Below, one piece after another: positions 17,197 through 25,834 of a stretch of DNA of 27,862 bases. A program made the position numbers and the translations under genes. Where the stretch lies: NCBI GenBank assembly GCA_964592405.1, contig CAZQBY010000004.1, positions 73,660 through 101,521 on the forward strand, written 5' to 3'. Each line of letters opens with the position of its first letter. The first letter of the stretch is position 1. Origin of the DNA: an uncultured archaeon (lineage in GTDB: Archaea; Altiarchaeota; Altiarchaeia; JAFGQM01). Under the pieces are notes generated by a model, which had not been told where the DNA came from, made no database searches, and saw only the letters and a list, made by a program, of their open reading frames with translations.

Positions 17197-18159
17197 CTAT
17201 TTAAGTGAATCCTTATAGAACTCATACACATCGTTGGATGCAATTGCGAAGTTCAGACCTTCAACATCCTGATATACTCCCCTTCTGCTCCTGCTTATAC
17301 CAAATGAACTCAGTCCTATCACGCTCCCACTTTTGTCTATGAGTGGCCCTCCCGAGTTCCCATGGGTTATGGCTGCGTCTGTCTGGATCACCGTAACCCT
17401 TGGGGACAGGTCTAGGTCCAGCCCCACATCCTTCTTTATCTGCCGGACCGTCCTGACGGCACTGACTATCCCCTCACTGGCTGAGAAGGCAAATCCTTCT
17501 GGTGCCCCCAAGGCGAATACCTTGCTCCCTGAGGCTACCAGATCCGAATCCGCGAACTCCAGATATGGAGTATTCTGCAGCTTTGCCTTCAGCAGTGCCA
17601 CATCTGCGTCTCCATCTCTGGCCTCAACAGCGGCTACATATATGTTCCCATCCCGGGTTTTGATTCTAATGGTTTTGCCCTTGAACAACTCCACAATATG
17701 GTCCGCCGTTAGTATATACCCATCCTCGGATGCTATAAATCCGGACCCTACAACAGATTCCTTGTCTGTCCATATTACCAGCACAACAGCATTCAGGGCC
17801 TTGTCTATAATGCCCGTATAGTTGAGCTCGGACAGTATGTTCTGTATACCTGCCCGGCTCTCCTCACTTACCCTCTGCACTTCTCCGCCCAGCTGCTCTA
17901 TGAGCATGTTCATTATCCCAATATTCTGGGCGTTCTCTTCCAGCCCGGTATTCAGGGAAGTGATATTGTCAGACATCTTCTGAAAACTCTGGGAGGCTCT
18001 GGCATCCAGCTCCCGGAGATTGGAACTCAGGGCATTCACCCTGTTGCTTACATTGCTTATCTGTGATGTCAGCATGGCATACATAGTGATAAACATAACC
18101 AGATTGACAGCTATTGCTACAATTATCAGGAACTGGGCGCGTTTGATATGATGCTCCAT
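17197..18159 (-). CDS. Trypsin-like (HtrA/S1C) serine protease, N-terminal TM and coiled coil, no PDZ domain
   Basis: GSGFI, ILTADH (His), DVALL (Asp), IQTDAAITHGNSGGPL (Ser), GLNFAI. Confidence 0.92.
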   Translation of the reverse strand: MEHHIKRAQFLIIVAIAVNLVMFITMYAMLTSQISNVSNRVNALSSNLRELDARASQSFQKMSDNITSLNTGLEENAQNIGIMNMLIEQLGGEVQRVSEESRAGIQNILSELNYTGIIDKALNAVVLVIWTDKESVVGSGFIASEDGYILTADHIVELFKGKTIRIKTRDGNIYVAAVEARDGDADVALLKAKLQNTPYLEFADSDLVASGSKVFALGAPEGFAFSASEGIVSAVRTVRQIKKDVGLDLDLSPRVTVIQTDAAITHGNSGGPLIDKSGSVIGLSSFGISRSRRGVYQDVEGLNFAIASNDVYEFYKDSLK

Positions 18160-18197
18160 CGTGGATACTTACGGCAGATTTTTAATAAATCCTTTTT

Positions 18198-18219
18198 TGC
18201 GCATATGCGCATTTTTATA
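18198..18219 (+). promoter_or_regulatory. Perfect 14-bp palindrome TGCGCATATGCGCA (18198-18211) abutting TATA box TTTTTATA (18212-18219)
   Basis: Seen directly; TATA lies about 27-30 nt before ATG 18246 of the DUF134 gene. Confidence 0.7.
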
Positions 18220-18245
18220 GAAGCAGTTTCTAATATAGGCATATA

Positions 18246-18704
18246 ATGGGCCGCTTTGCAAGAGGGCGTGGACGACCCAGAATGCATAGGATAGTTGGCC
18301 AGAAACCGGGGGCAGATTATTTCAAACCGGCCGGCATCCCGCTTCCGGAGCTTGATGTGGTTGTCCTGACAGTTGAGGAGGTGGAGGCCCTGAGGCTCGT
18401 GGACTTTGAAGGGCTTGAGCAGGAGACGGCGGCCGAGAAGATGGGTATCTCCCGGAAAACGCTCTGGAGGGAACTCCAGTCTGCGCGCAAAAAAGTCGCA
18501 GACGCCCTCGTGAATGGTAAGGCTATTCAAATCAAAGGAGGTAACTACAAAATGGCTGGAAGAGGAAGGATGGGCGGCTTTGGCCTGGGCCCTGGAGGGA
18601 ACTGCGTATGCCCCAGCTGTGGCTATACGGAGACTCATATCAGGGGCGTACCATGCTATCAGAAGACCTGTCCCAAATGCGGGTCCAAGATGACTAGGGG
18701 TTAA
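18246..18704 (+). CDS. DUF134 (UPF0251) HTH DNA-binding protein with C-terminal Cys-rich module
   Basis: RPR...YFKPAGIP...[59 protein letters not shown]; tail [12 protein letters not shown]...[14 protein letters not shown]. Confidence 0.92.
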   Translation: MGRFARGRGRPRMHRIVGQKPGADYFKPAGIPLPELDVVVLTVEEVEALRLVDFEGLEQETAAEKMGISRKTLWRELQSARKKVADALVNGKAIQIKGGNYKMAGRGRMGGFGLGPGGNCVCPSCGYTETHIRGVPCYQKTCPKCGSKMTRG

Positions 18705-18723
18705 AAATCAAAAAACGATAAAA

Positions 18724-19083
18724 ATGCCAGCAGGAGATGGAACAGGCCCCGATGGTAGGGGCGGATGGTGCACACCGCTCTGGATGAGCGGGCAGATCCC
18801 GAGGCCCTTGGGGGGCATCGGATTTGGCAGAGGTAGCTATGGGAGAAGAGCTCCCGGCACAGGCGGCAGGGGTAGAGGGCGGATGAACATGTTCTATGCC
18901 ACCGGACAGCCGGGATGGGCTAGGACATGGCTGACACAGCCCACAGTATCTGCACCACAGCCTGTGGAGGTAGCGACGGCAGACAAGGACCATGCGATAG
19001 GGTTCCTGAAGAACCAGATTGATTCACTTGAGCAGCAATTGGCGGATGCGAAGAAGAGGCTTGAGGAGTTAGAGAAAAAATGA
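18724..19083 (+). CDS. DUF5320 family protein
   Basis: MPAGDGTGP start, Gly/Arg-rich middle, MFYATGQPGWAR, C-terminal coiled coil LKNQIDSLEQQLADAKKRLEELE. Confidence 0.85.
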   Translation: MPAGDGTGPDGRGGWCTPLWMSGQIPRPLGGIGFGRGSYGRRAPGTGGRGRGRMNMFYATGQPGWARTWLTQPTVSAPQPVEVATADKDHAIGFLKNQIDSLEQQLADAKKRLEELEKK

Positions 19084-19550
19084 AAATTGCAGTGGCAACT
19101 ATACAGGGCGGACTGGATGATAGTATCTCCCCGGTCATGGGCAGATGTGCCAGCTTCACCATAGTTGAGGTAGAGGGGGAAGAGATAAAGAGGACAGAGA
19201 TTGTGAATAACGAGTTCGCGGCTGCCATGGGTGGGGCAGGCATACAAGTCGCTCAGTTGCTGGTTAACCAAGGTGTAGAGGTAGTGATAGCCGGTAATTT
19301 TGGTCCAAATGCCTTCAATATACTAAACCAAGCTGGCGTTAAGGCCGTCCGGGCCCAGGGGAACGTGAAGGAAGCAGTGCTCAAGTATGTTAAAGGCGAG
19401 CTGGAGCCAATTGACTCTGCCAGTGTTGGCATGTTCGGCGGAATGGGCCGTGGAATGGGCCGTGGAATGGGCCGTGGAATGGGCCGTGGAATGGGCCGTG
19501 GCGGTTTTAGAGGAGGTCATGGAGGCGGAAGAGGCCGTGGAAGAATATGA
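19080..19550 (+). CDS. NifB/NifX-family (Nitro_FeMo-Co fold) protein with GMGR-repeat tail
   Basis: MKIAVAT...GRCASFTIVE...GGAGIQVAQLL...VVIAGNFGPNAFNIL. Confidence 0.9.
   Translation: MKIAVATIQGGLDDSISPVMGRCASFTIVEVEGEEIKRTEIVNNEFAAAMGGAGIQVAQLLVNQGVEVVIAGNFGPNAFNILNQAGVKAVRAQGNVKEAVLKYVKGELEPIDSASVGMFGGMGRGMGRGMGRGMGRGMGRGGFRGGHGGGRGRGRI
19440..19501 (+). repeat. 12-bp tandem repeat GGAATGGGCCGT x5 (coding GMGR)
   Basis: Five identical units at 19440, 19452, 19464, 19476 and 19488. Confidence 0.95.
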
Positions 19551-19903
19551 AAATAGCGATACCATCTTCTGATGCTTCAGGCCTGGATTCGAGGATATTC
19601 CCTCACTTCGGCAGGTGCCCATTCTATACGCTAGTGGACATAGAGTCGGGCAGGGTTGCTATACTGCCCAATACCAGCATACATTTCGGCGGCTTCAAAA
19701 GCCCACCAGAGCTTCTGCTGGATAAAGGGGTCACAGTGCTCATCTGCAAGGATTTGGGCGAAAAGGCTGTGTCCCTCTTTCAGGACGCGGGTATAGACGT
19801 GTACATCGGAGCCAGAGGAGTCGTCAAAGAGGCGATTGAGGCCTGGAAAAGGGGTGAACTTGAAAAGCCATCGGATGAATATGTCTGCGAAGGGCATAGA
19901 TAA
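19547..19903 (+). CDS. NifB/NifX-family protein
   Basis: MKIAIPS...PHFGRCPFYTLVD...LICKDLGEKAVSLFQDAGIDVY; ends in CEGH. Confidence 0.9.
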   Translation: MKIAIPSSDASGLDSRIFPHFGRCPFYTLVDIESGRVAILPNTSIHFGGFKSPPELLLDKGVTVLICKDLGEKAVSLFQDAGIDVYIGARGVVKEAIEAWKRGELEKPSDEYVCEGHR

Positions 19904-21164
19904 GACCAGGACCCTGGATAGGGTTAGAAAAGCGAAGCTAAGTTTAAAAGAGGGCGAGCGGGCAGCCTTGCTTTCCTCCTGGGTTACGGCACTCCTGGCA
20001 GTGTCCAAGGGACTGGCCGGCTTCCTCTCCGGTAGTGTAGCTCTGCTGGCAGATGCTCTGCATTCCTTCTCAGACATCTTTGGCAGTGCGGCGGTGTGGC
20101 TGGGCCTTCGCATCGCCCAGAGAAAACCGACGGACAGATTCCCATATGGCTATTACAGGGCGGAGAACCTGGCTTCACTCGTCGTTTCCGTTATTGTGAT
20201 ATTAACTGGATTGGGCATCTTTTTGGAAGGCTACGATTCGTTTGTGAATCCAAGCTCTTTGGACATGCCGTTTTTGGGCCTAGCAGTGGCCTTTTTGTCA
20301 ATACTGACCTCTTTCGGACTTGCCGTCTACAAAAACAAAACCGGCAGGAGGATAAAATCTCAGGCCCTGCTCATAGATTCAAAGCACTCCATGGCGGATG
20401 TCTTCTCATCTGTGATAGTCTTTGGCGGAATATTCGCTTCTATAGCCGGCTTTTCCGGCGTGGAGGGTATAGCCGGCATGCTAATTGCGGTGCTGGTGAT
20501 CCTGATGGGGGCATGGAGCACAAAGAACACAGTCCTTGTCCTTATGGATGCCTGGACCGATCCGCTTCTGGAGGAAAGGATTGTCAGAAGCATCAGGACT
20601 GTGAGAGGAGTGAGGGATATCCACGAACTAAAACTAAGGAAATCTGGCTCCTTTATTATGGGCGAGGCCCATGTAGAAGTGGAGGGGACCATGTCTGTAG
20701 AAAAGGCAGATGACATACGCAGAGAAATCGAGATGAAGCTAAAGAAAAAGGTAGAGCGTCTGGATTCAATACTCCTTCAGATAGAGCCCTCCAAATTGCT
20801 TAGATTCAGACTTGCGGTACCTGTCTCAGAGGACAGGGGTTTGGACTCCAAGCCCAGCGGCCACTTCGGGAAATCCCCATATTTCGCCTTCGTGGATCTG
20901 GACAATGGGAAGATAAAGCAGGTAGTGATTAAGAAGAACCCGGCCGCAAAGCTTGAGAAGCGGATTGGTGTAGAGGCCGCGAATTTCATAATAGACAATA
21001 AGGCGGATATAATTGCAGCCGCGGGCATTGGTGAGTCTCCATTTCACATCCTGAGGAGCAATCTGATGCGCATCCTTGTAATTGAGGGCGATACCCTTAG
21101 GGATGTCATAGAAAAGATGTTAAGAAATGAGCTTAAACACCACAGAGAACCTGAAAGAAAATGA
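19881..21164 (+). CDS. Cation diffusion facilitator (FieF-like) fused to a C-terminal NifB/NifX domain
   Basis: SGSVALLADALHSFSD, FPYGYYRAENL, SQALLIDSKHSMAD, cytosolic IHELKLRKSG, then LAVPVSEDRGLDS...HFGKSPYFAFVD. Start uncertain (ATG 19875 or 19881). Confidence 0.92.
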   Translation: MSAKGIDKTRTLDRVRKAKLSLKEGERAALLSSWVTALLAVSKGLAGFLSGSVALLADALHSFSDIFGSAAVWLGLRIAQRKPTDRFPYGYYRAENLASLVVSVIVILTGLGIFLEGYDSFVNPSSLDMPFLGLAVAFLSILTSFGLAVYKNKTGRRIKSQALLIDSKHSMADVFSSVIVFGGIFASIAGFSGVEGIAGMLIAVLVILMGAWSTKNTVLVLMDAWTDPLLEERIVRSIRTVRGVRDIHELKLRKSGSFIMGEAHVEVEGTMSVEKADDIRREIEMKLKKKVERLDSILLQIEPSKLLRFRLAVPVSEDRGLDSKPSGHFGKSPYFAFVDLDNGKIKQVVIKKNPAAKLEKRIGVEAANFIIDNKADIIAAAGIGESPFHILRSNLMRILVIEGDTLRDVIEKMLRNELKHHREPERK

Positions 21165-21418
21165 ATCCTGAATTGAATATGACTGCCTTGACGGCCGGAA
21201 TAATATTTGTATTCAGCCTGATATTCTGGCTGACATCAAAGGACGAAAAGTGCTGGTATAGACGATATATGCTTCCGCTGATGGTAGCCTCCCTGGCATT
21301 GGTCCTGCCCGGCTGGTGGACCAAGCTGGCAGTGATAATTTCTGCTGCACTGATATATGACGGTTATCAAGGCTACGGCAGGAAGCTGAGGACCGAAAAG
21401 AAAGAAACAACACAATAA
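21161..21418 (+). CDS. Small membrane protein (85 aa, about 3 TM helices)
   Basis: ATGA overlap upstream, 1-nt gap downstream, three hydrophobic stretches. Confidence 0.7.
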   Translation: MNPELNMTALTAGIIFVFSLIFWLTSKDEKCWYRRYMLPLMVASLALVLPGWWTKLAVIISAALIYDGYQGYGRKLRTEKKETTQ

Positions 21419-21419
21419 C

Positions 21420-22247
21420 ATGAAGCAAATAGCGGTAACAGGAGGCAAGGGGGGCACGGGCAAGTCCACATTTGCAATACTCCTGACATCCAAGCTGATG
21501 AAGCAGGGAAAGAAGGTCGTCCTGTGCGATGCGGATGTTGAGTGTCCCAATGACCACCTCATACTCGGGGTTGATTTGAAGGAGCCAAAGACTATCTACC
21601 AGGATTTTCCAGTCATAGATGATGAAAAGTGCACCCGGTGTGATAAATGCGTCGAGAACTGCAGGTTCAATGCGCTCTTCCGCATAGGCGATCAAGCGCC
21701 TCAGGTAGTCAGGAACCTCTGCTGTGGATGCGGCCTCTGCTGGGGAATATGCCCCGAGAATGCCATCAGTTCAGAGAAGGAGCCCTGCGGGGAATCCTTT
21801 GCCAGCAGGATTTCGGATGGCTTCTGGCTTGTAACCGGAAGATCACTGGCAGGGGTTGAGGAAACCGGGCCCATAGTACTTGAGACCAAGAGAAGGGCCA
21901 TTGAGCTGGCACGGAAAGTCAGGGCAGATTTCCTTATAGTTGATACTGCAGCCGGCACACATTGTAGTGTAATAAACGCTCTCACCAACTCTGAGCTTGC
22001 ATATGTAGTAACCGAACCAACCCCACTGGGGGCACATGATTCAAGACAGATAATCAGGCTTTTGAATATAATCAATATTCCGGTCGAGCTGGTCCTGAAC
22101 AAGTCGGGTGTGGCCAATGACAAGATCATCGAACGGATTGCAGAAGAATTTGATGTCAAAATAGGTTACAGAATTCCCTACTCCGAGGAGCTGGTAAGAG
22201 CGTATTCCACAGGGCGGCTAAAGGAGTTCAAGCTAAGATGGAAATAA
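21420..22247 (+). CDS. MinD/ParA-superfamily P-loop ATPase with inserted 2x[4Fe-4S] ferredoxin domain (COG1149-like)
   Basis: GGKGGTGKS, DADVECPN, CTRCDKCVENC, CCGCGLCWGICP, DTAAGTHC, VTEPTP. Confidence 0.92.
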   Translation: MKQIAVTGGKGGTGKSTFAILLTSKLMKQGKKVVLCDADVECPNDHLILGVDLKEPKTIYQDFPVIDDEKCTRCDKCVENCRFNALFRIGDQAPQVVRNLCCGCGLCWGICPENAISSEKEPCGESFASRISDGFWLVTGRSLAGVEETGPIVLETKRRAIELARKVRADFLIVDTAAGTHCSVINALTNSELAYVVTEPTPLGAHDSRQIIRLLNIINIPVELVLNKSGVANDKIIERIAEEFDVKIGYRIPYSEELVRAYSTGRLKEFKLRWK

Positions 22248-23038
22248 CGATATTGGTCGAGGACACCGCGAAGCCCGGAAGCGGACTGATAAGCGAGCAC
22301 GGTTTTTCGGCATTCGTTGAGTTCGGGGATAAGACTATACTATTTGACACTGGACAGTCTGATGCCTTCATAAAAAACGCCGGGAAGCTGGGAATAGACC
22401 TTGATTTGACGGATTTCGTGGTGATAAGCCATGGTCATTATGACCACACCGACGGCCTGCCACATCTTATGAAGAGCTTCGACGCCAAGGAGATAACATT
22501 CGTCTCGCATCCTGGCATCTTTGGAGACAAGCTCCACGGAAGCAGGAACTTCATAGGCTGTCCCCTCAGCAGGGCAGAGGTGGAATCGAGCTTCAGGAAC
22601 TCCGTGTTCGCCAGTAGCCCGATTGAGTTCACTCCAGGTGCCACCTTCTTGGGGGAGGTGCCCAGGACTTATGAAGACCCGGGCACATGCGGAGACCATG
22701 TCGTGGCTGGCGCCGAGCAGCCGGACCCCGTGTCCGACGACTCCGCCGTTGCCTTCAAGACCAGGAAGGGCATCGTAGTGCTGACGGGCTGCTCCCATTC
22801 AGGCATATTGAACATCGTGAAGGGGGCGGAGAAGCTGGGCGACATTTATGGAGTAATCGGCGGCTTCCATCTCTGGGGCGCAAGCAAGGAGAGGCTGGAC
22901 AAGATAATAACCACGTTTCGGAAGATGGGTATAAAGGAGCTGCGGCCTGGCCACTGCACAGGCTCCGGGGCCATTGGGAGGATGGAGCTGGAGCTGGGTG
23001 CCAGGAGAATCACAACTGGGGAGGTAATCAGGATATGA
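22238..23038 (+). CDS. Metallo-beta-lactamase-fold protein (COG1237/MJ0301-like)
   Basis: EHGFS, LFDTG, ISHGHYDHTDG, TGCSHSG, GGFHL, PGHCTG. Confidence 0.92.
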   Translation: MEITILVEDTAKPGSGLISEHGFSAFVEFGDKTILFDTGQSDAFIKNAGKLGIDLDLTDFVVISHGHYDHTDGLPHLMKSFDAKEITFVSHPGIFGDKLHGSRNFIGCPLSRAEVESSFRNSVFASSPIEFTPGATFLGEVPRTYEDPGTCGDHVVAGAEQPDPVSDDSAVAFKTRKGIVVLTGCSHSGILNIVKGAEKLGDIYGVIGGFHLWGASKERLDKIITTFRKMGIKELRPGHCTGSGAIGRMELELGARRITTGEVIRI

Positions 23039-23883
23039 AAATAGCAGTAGCATCTGGGAAGGGTGGAGTCGGGAAGTCCATGGTGGCTTCAGCCTTGGCG
23101 ATGCTCTTTGCGAGGGAGAAAAGGATTGTTGCTCTGGATTGTGATGTTGACGCCCCGGATCTGGGCATATGGCTGGGCATCGGTGAGCTGGGCCGAGGTG
23201 AGAGAATATCAACATCAGAGAAGGCAGTCATAGACTACAACAAGTGCATAAACTGTGGCAAGTGTGCTCAAGTATGCAGGTTCGGCGCGATGGAGTTTGA
23301 TGGAAAACCAAGGCTTCTGCCTTATCTCTGCGAGGGTTGCGGCGCCTGCGAGGTGTTCTGCCCTGTCGGTGCAATACATCAGGAAGCGGTCAAAAATGGG
23401 GAAATTATCACAAAAGAGACCAAATATGGCTTTCCACTGGTAACAGGTCTCCTCTATCCCGGGGAGACCGGCTCCGGCAAGGTCGTGACTGAACTAAAAC
23501 AGAGGGCTGAGAAGTTCGAGCACGATGTAATGATACTGGATTCTGCGGCCGGGATAGGCTGCCCCGTCATAGCATCGCTCAATGGTGCCGATTACGCCGT
23601 CTTGGTAACAGAGCCAACCCCCTCCGGCTTTTCTGACCTGCAAAGAGTTCTGGAGATTGTCAACCATTTCAAAATCCCATACGGCGTGGTGATAAACAAG
23701 TGGGACATAAACAAGAGGATGAGTGCAGAGATTGAGAAGTGGGCAGGCAACAAGTTGCTCGGAAAACTGCCCTTCGACAGGGGGATTTTCGTGTCGGTAT
23801 CAGAACTCAGGCCGGTTATGGAAGGCAATTCTGCAGTAGTCGCTGAAATGAAAGGCATATTTAAAAAGCTTATGCAATCATGA
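23035..23883 (+). CDS. Second MinD-like P-loop ATPase with ferredoxin insert (COG1149-like), 282 aa
   Basis: MKIAVASGKGGVGKS, DCDVDAPD, CINCGKCAQVC, CEGCGACEVFCP, DSAAGIGCPVIAS, VTEPTPSG. Start reassigned to ATG 23035 (ATGA overlap). Confidence 0.92.
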   Translation: MKIAVASGKGGVGKSMVASALAMLFAREKRIVALDCDVDAPDLGIWLGIGELGRGERISTSEKAVIDYNKCINCGKCAQVCRFGAMEFDGKPRLLPYLCEGCGACEVFCPVGAIHQEAVKNGEIITKETKYGFPLVTGLLYPGETGSGKVVTELKQRAEKFEHDVMILDSAAGIGCPVIASLNGADYAVLVTEPTPSGFSDLQRVLEIVNHFKIPYGVVINKWDINKRMSAEIEKWAGNKLLGKLPFDRGIFVSVSELRPVMEGNSAVVAEMKGIFKKLMQS

Positions 23884-24413
23884 TCGGCAATAACCCAGAC
23901 AACGATTGGATTATGCCGGAAATAGAATACAAACCGATAGGGATTATCCATTCTCCTTTCAAGAAGGTTAGGGGGACACCCATACAGGCAGAAAGTGCCA
24001 AGGGTGTTGAAGGGACAGTTGAAGTATTTCCTGAATATTCTGAAGGATTAAAAGGTATAGAGGGGTTTTCACATCTTATACTAATCTACCATTTCCACAT
24101 GTCCGGCAAAGCGTCTTTGACCGTAATCCCTTATATGGACATCCATCCACACGGGGTATTTGCGACAAGGGCACCCTCCCGCCCAAACCCAATAGGTTTG
24201 TCAGTAGTGGGCCTTACAGGAGTTGAGGGAAATATCCTCCATGTCCGCGACATAGATGTCATAGAGGGTACTCCCCTTCTGGACATCAAGCCTTATGTGC
24301 CGGAATTTGATGTGAGGGATGCTGAGAGAATAGGATGGCTCGAAAAGAACATACAGAAGCTCTCAAAATCAACAGATGATGGAAGATTTACAAATGGCGG
24401 GATGATAAAATGA
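23880..24413 (+). CDS. tsaA: TsaA/TrmO-family protein (tRNA t6A37 N6-methyltransferase-like, SAM-binding beta-barrel)
   Basis: PIGIIHSPF, GFSHLILIYHFH, GVFATRAPSRPNPIGLS, GTPLLDIKPY. Alternative start ATG 23913. Confidence 0.9.
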   Translation: MIGNNPDNDWIMPEIEYKPIGIIHSPFKKVRGTPIQAESAKGVEGTVEVFPEYSEGLKGIEGFSHLILIYHFHMSGKASLTVIPYMDIHPHGVFATRAPSRPNPIGLSVVGLTGVEGNILHVRDIDVIEGTPLLDIKPYVPEFDVRDAERIGWLEKNIQKLSKSTDDGRFTNGGMIK

Positions 24414-25018
24414 AGCCGCATGAGACAAGGAATTATCTGGATTTCTACAAGACGCATCTTGGGCATGAGATATTAAGGAGGGAGGCCGGCTACGTGCGCG
24501 CATGGCTGGGTGATTGTGAAAGGATACTGGATGTCGGCTGCGGGCCGGGCGTCTTTGAAAAGGAACTGCAGGACATGGACATTACAGGAATTGATGCCTC
24601 CCCGGAGATGATAAAACTGGCCGGCGAGAACTCCGGAAACCGGTTTATCATTGGAAGGGCCGAAGAGCTGCCATTTTCTGACTCCTCTTTTGATGGTGTG
24701 TTTTTCATTACTTCGCTTGAGTTCACACAGGATTATGGGAAAAGTCTGGATGAGGCAGCAAGGGTCCTGAAGGAGGGCGGGAAGATACTGATTCTTATGC
24801 TGAACCCAGAATCGCAGTACTTCAGGGAAAAACTGAAAAAGGGCAGTTATATAGCCACTAATATCAAACATACTGATTTGAATGCGATAAAGGATTATTC
24901 ATCAAAGAAATTTGACATAACAGTAGAGTATCTCTTGGGCATAAGGGGCAAAGAGGTGTTTGTGTCCAAGGATCCAAGATATGCCAGTCTTTATGTCATA
25001 AAGGGTATCAAAAGATGA
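24410..25018 (+). CDS. Class I SAM-dependent methyltransferase (Methyltransf_11-like)
   Basis: ILDVGCGPG, ITGIDASPEM, GRAEELPFSDSSFD, RVLKEGG. Confidence 0.9.
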   Translation: MKPHETRNYLDFYKTHLGHEILRREAGYVRAWLGDCERILDVGCGPGVFEKELQDMDITGIDASPEMIKLAGENSGNRFIIGRAEELPFSDSSFDGVFFITSLEFTQDYGKSLDEAARVLKEGGKILILMLNPESQYFREKLKKGSYIATNIKHTDLNAIKDYSSKKFDITVEYLLGIRGKEVFVSKDPRYASLYVIKGIKR

Positions 25019-25794
25019 AAACAGTCTACGGCCCGGTGCCGTCCTGGAGGCTTGGCAGGTCATTGGGGGTGGACCCCGTCTGCGCGCGGGAGAAGACCTG
25101 CTCTTTTGACTGCGTCTATTGCCAGCTGGGGAGAACAATACATAAGACAGACCAACGAAGGATATTTGTAAGCACAAAAGATGTTGCAAGAGATCTAGAA
25201 CAGATCCTTCCAAAGGTGGAGGCCGATATAATAACGTTCTCCGGCACTGCCGAGCCGACCTTGGCAGGCAACTTGAGCGAGATTGTTGACACTGTGAGGA
25301 AAATCTCGGATTTGCCGCTGGCAATACTGACCAACTCCTCCCTGATAAACCGGAAGGATGTTAGAGCTGACCTGTCAGGATTCGATGTTGTTGTCGCAAA
25401 GCTGGATGCGCCCAATCAAAGCCTGTTTGGGAAGATAAACCGGCCCATTGCCAGTGTGGCATTTGATGAGATGCTTGACGGGATAGAGGCTTTCAGGGAT
25501 GAGTTCAGCGGAAAGCTGGCCCTGCAGATGATGTTCATAGACAAGAACAAGGCCCATGCGAAGGAAATGGCTGCTGTGGCAAGGGAGATAAAACCAGACG
25601 AGGTGCAGATAAACACACCTCTCAGACCATGTCCCGTGAGGGCTCTTCCACCTCATGACCTGATCCACATCACATCTGATTTCCACGGACTCAGGACAGT
25701 CTCTGTCTATGAGGCCAAGAGGCCGGACGTCTCCATGGATGACATAAGGGAGGTCAGAAGAAGGAGGCCGCCCCGCAAAGACGGAAGCTTTTGA
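25015..25794 (+). CDS. Radical SAM protein (COG0731-like, related to the TYW1 radical SAM domain)
   Basis: YGPVPSWRLGRSLGVD, CSFDCVYC (CxxxCxxC), ITFSGTAEPTL, LTNSSL, VQINTPLRP. Confidence 0.9.
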   Translation: MKTVYGPVPSWRLGRSLGVDPVCAREKTCSFDCVYCQLGRTIHKTDQRRIFVSTKDVARDLEQILPKVEADIITFSGTAEPTLAGNLSEIVDTVRKISDLPLAILTNSSLINRKDVRADLSGFDVVVAKLDAPNQSLFGKINRPIASVAFDEMLDGIEAFRDEFSGKLALQMMFIDKNKAHAKEMAAVAREIKPDEVQINTPLRPCPVRALPPHDLIHITSDFHGLRTVSVYEAKRPDVSMDDIREVRRRRPPRKDGSF

Positions 25795-25834
25795 ATAGAA
25801 AACACCTAAAAACAAAACACCAAAACAACTGAAA

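Noticed and set aside
19440-19501. CRISPR array, or a separate AVEW/STAH repeat peptide (ORFs 19387..19572 and 19323..19622)
   Set aside because: Direct tandem units without spacers; the alternative ORFs are other frames of the GMGR coding repeat.
11879-21164. Nitrogen-fixation locus (homocitrate synthase-like gene plus NifB/NifX domains)
   Set aside because: No nifH, nifD, nifK, nifE or nifN in the window. The synthase is linked to aconitase and IDH, and the ATPases are ferredoxin-inserted MinD-like proteins, not NifH.
22687-23034. 116-aa N-terminal extension of the second ATPase in the ORF track
   Set aside because: Overlaps the MBL gene in another frame; the family N-terminus MKIAVASGKGG begins at 23035 with an ATGA overlap.
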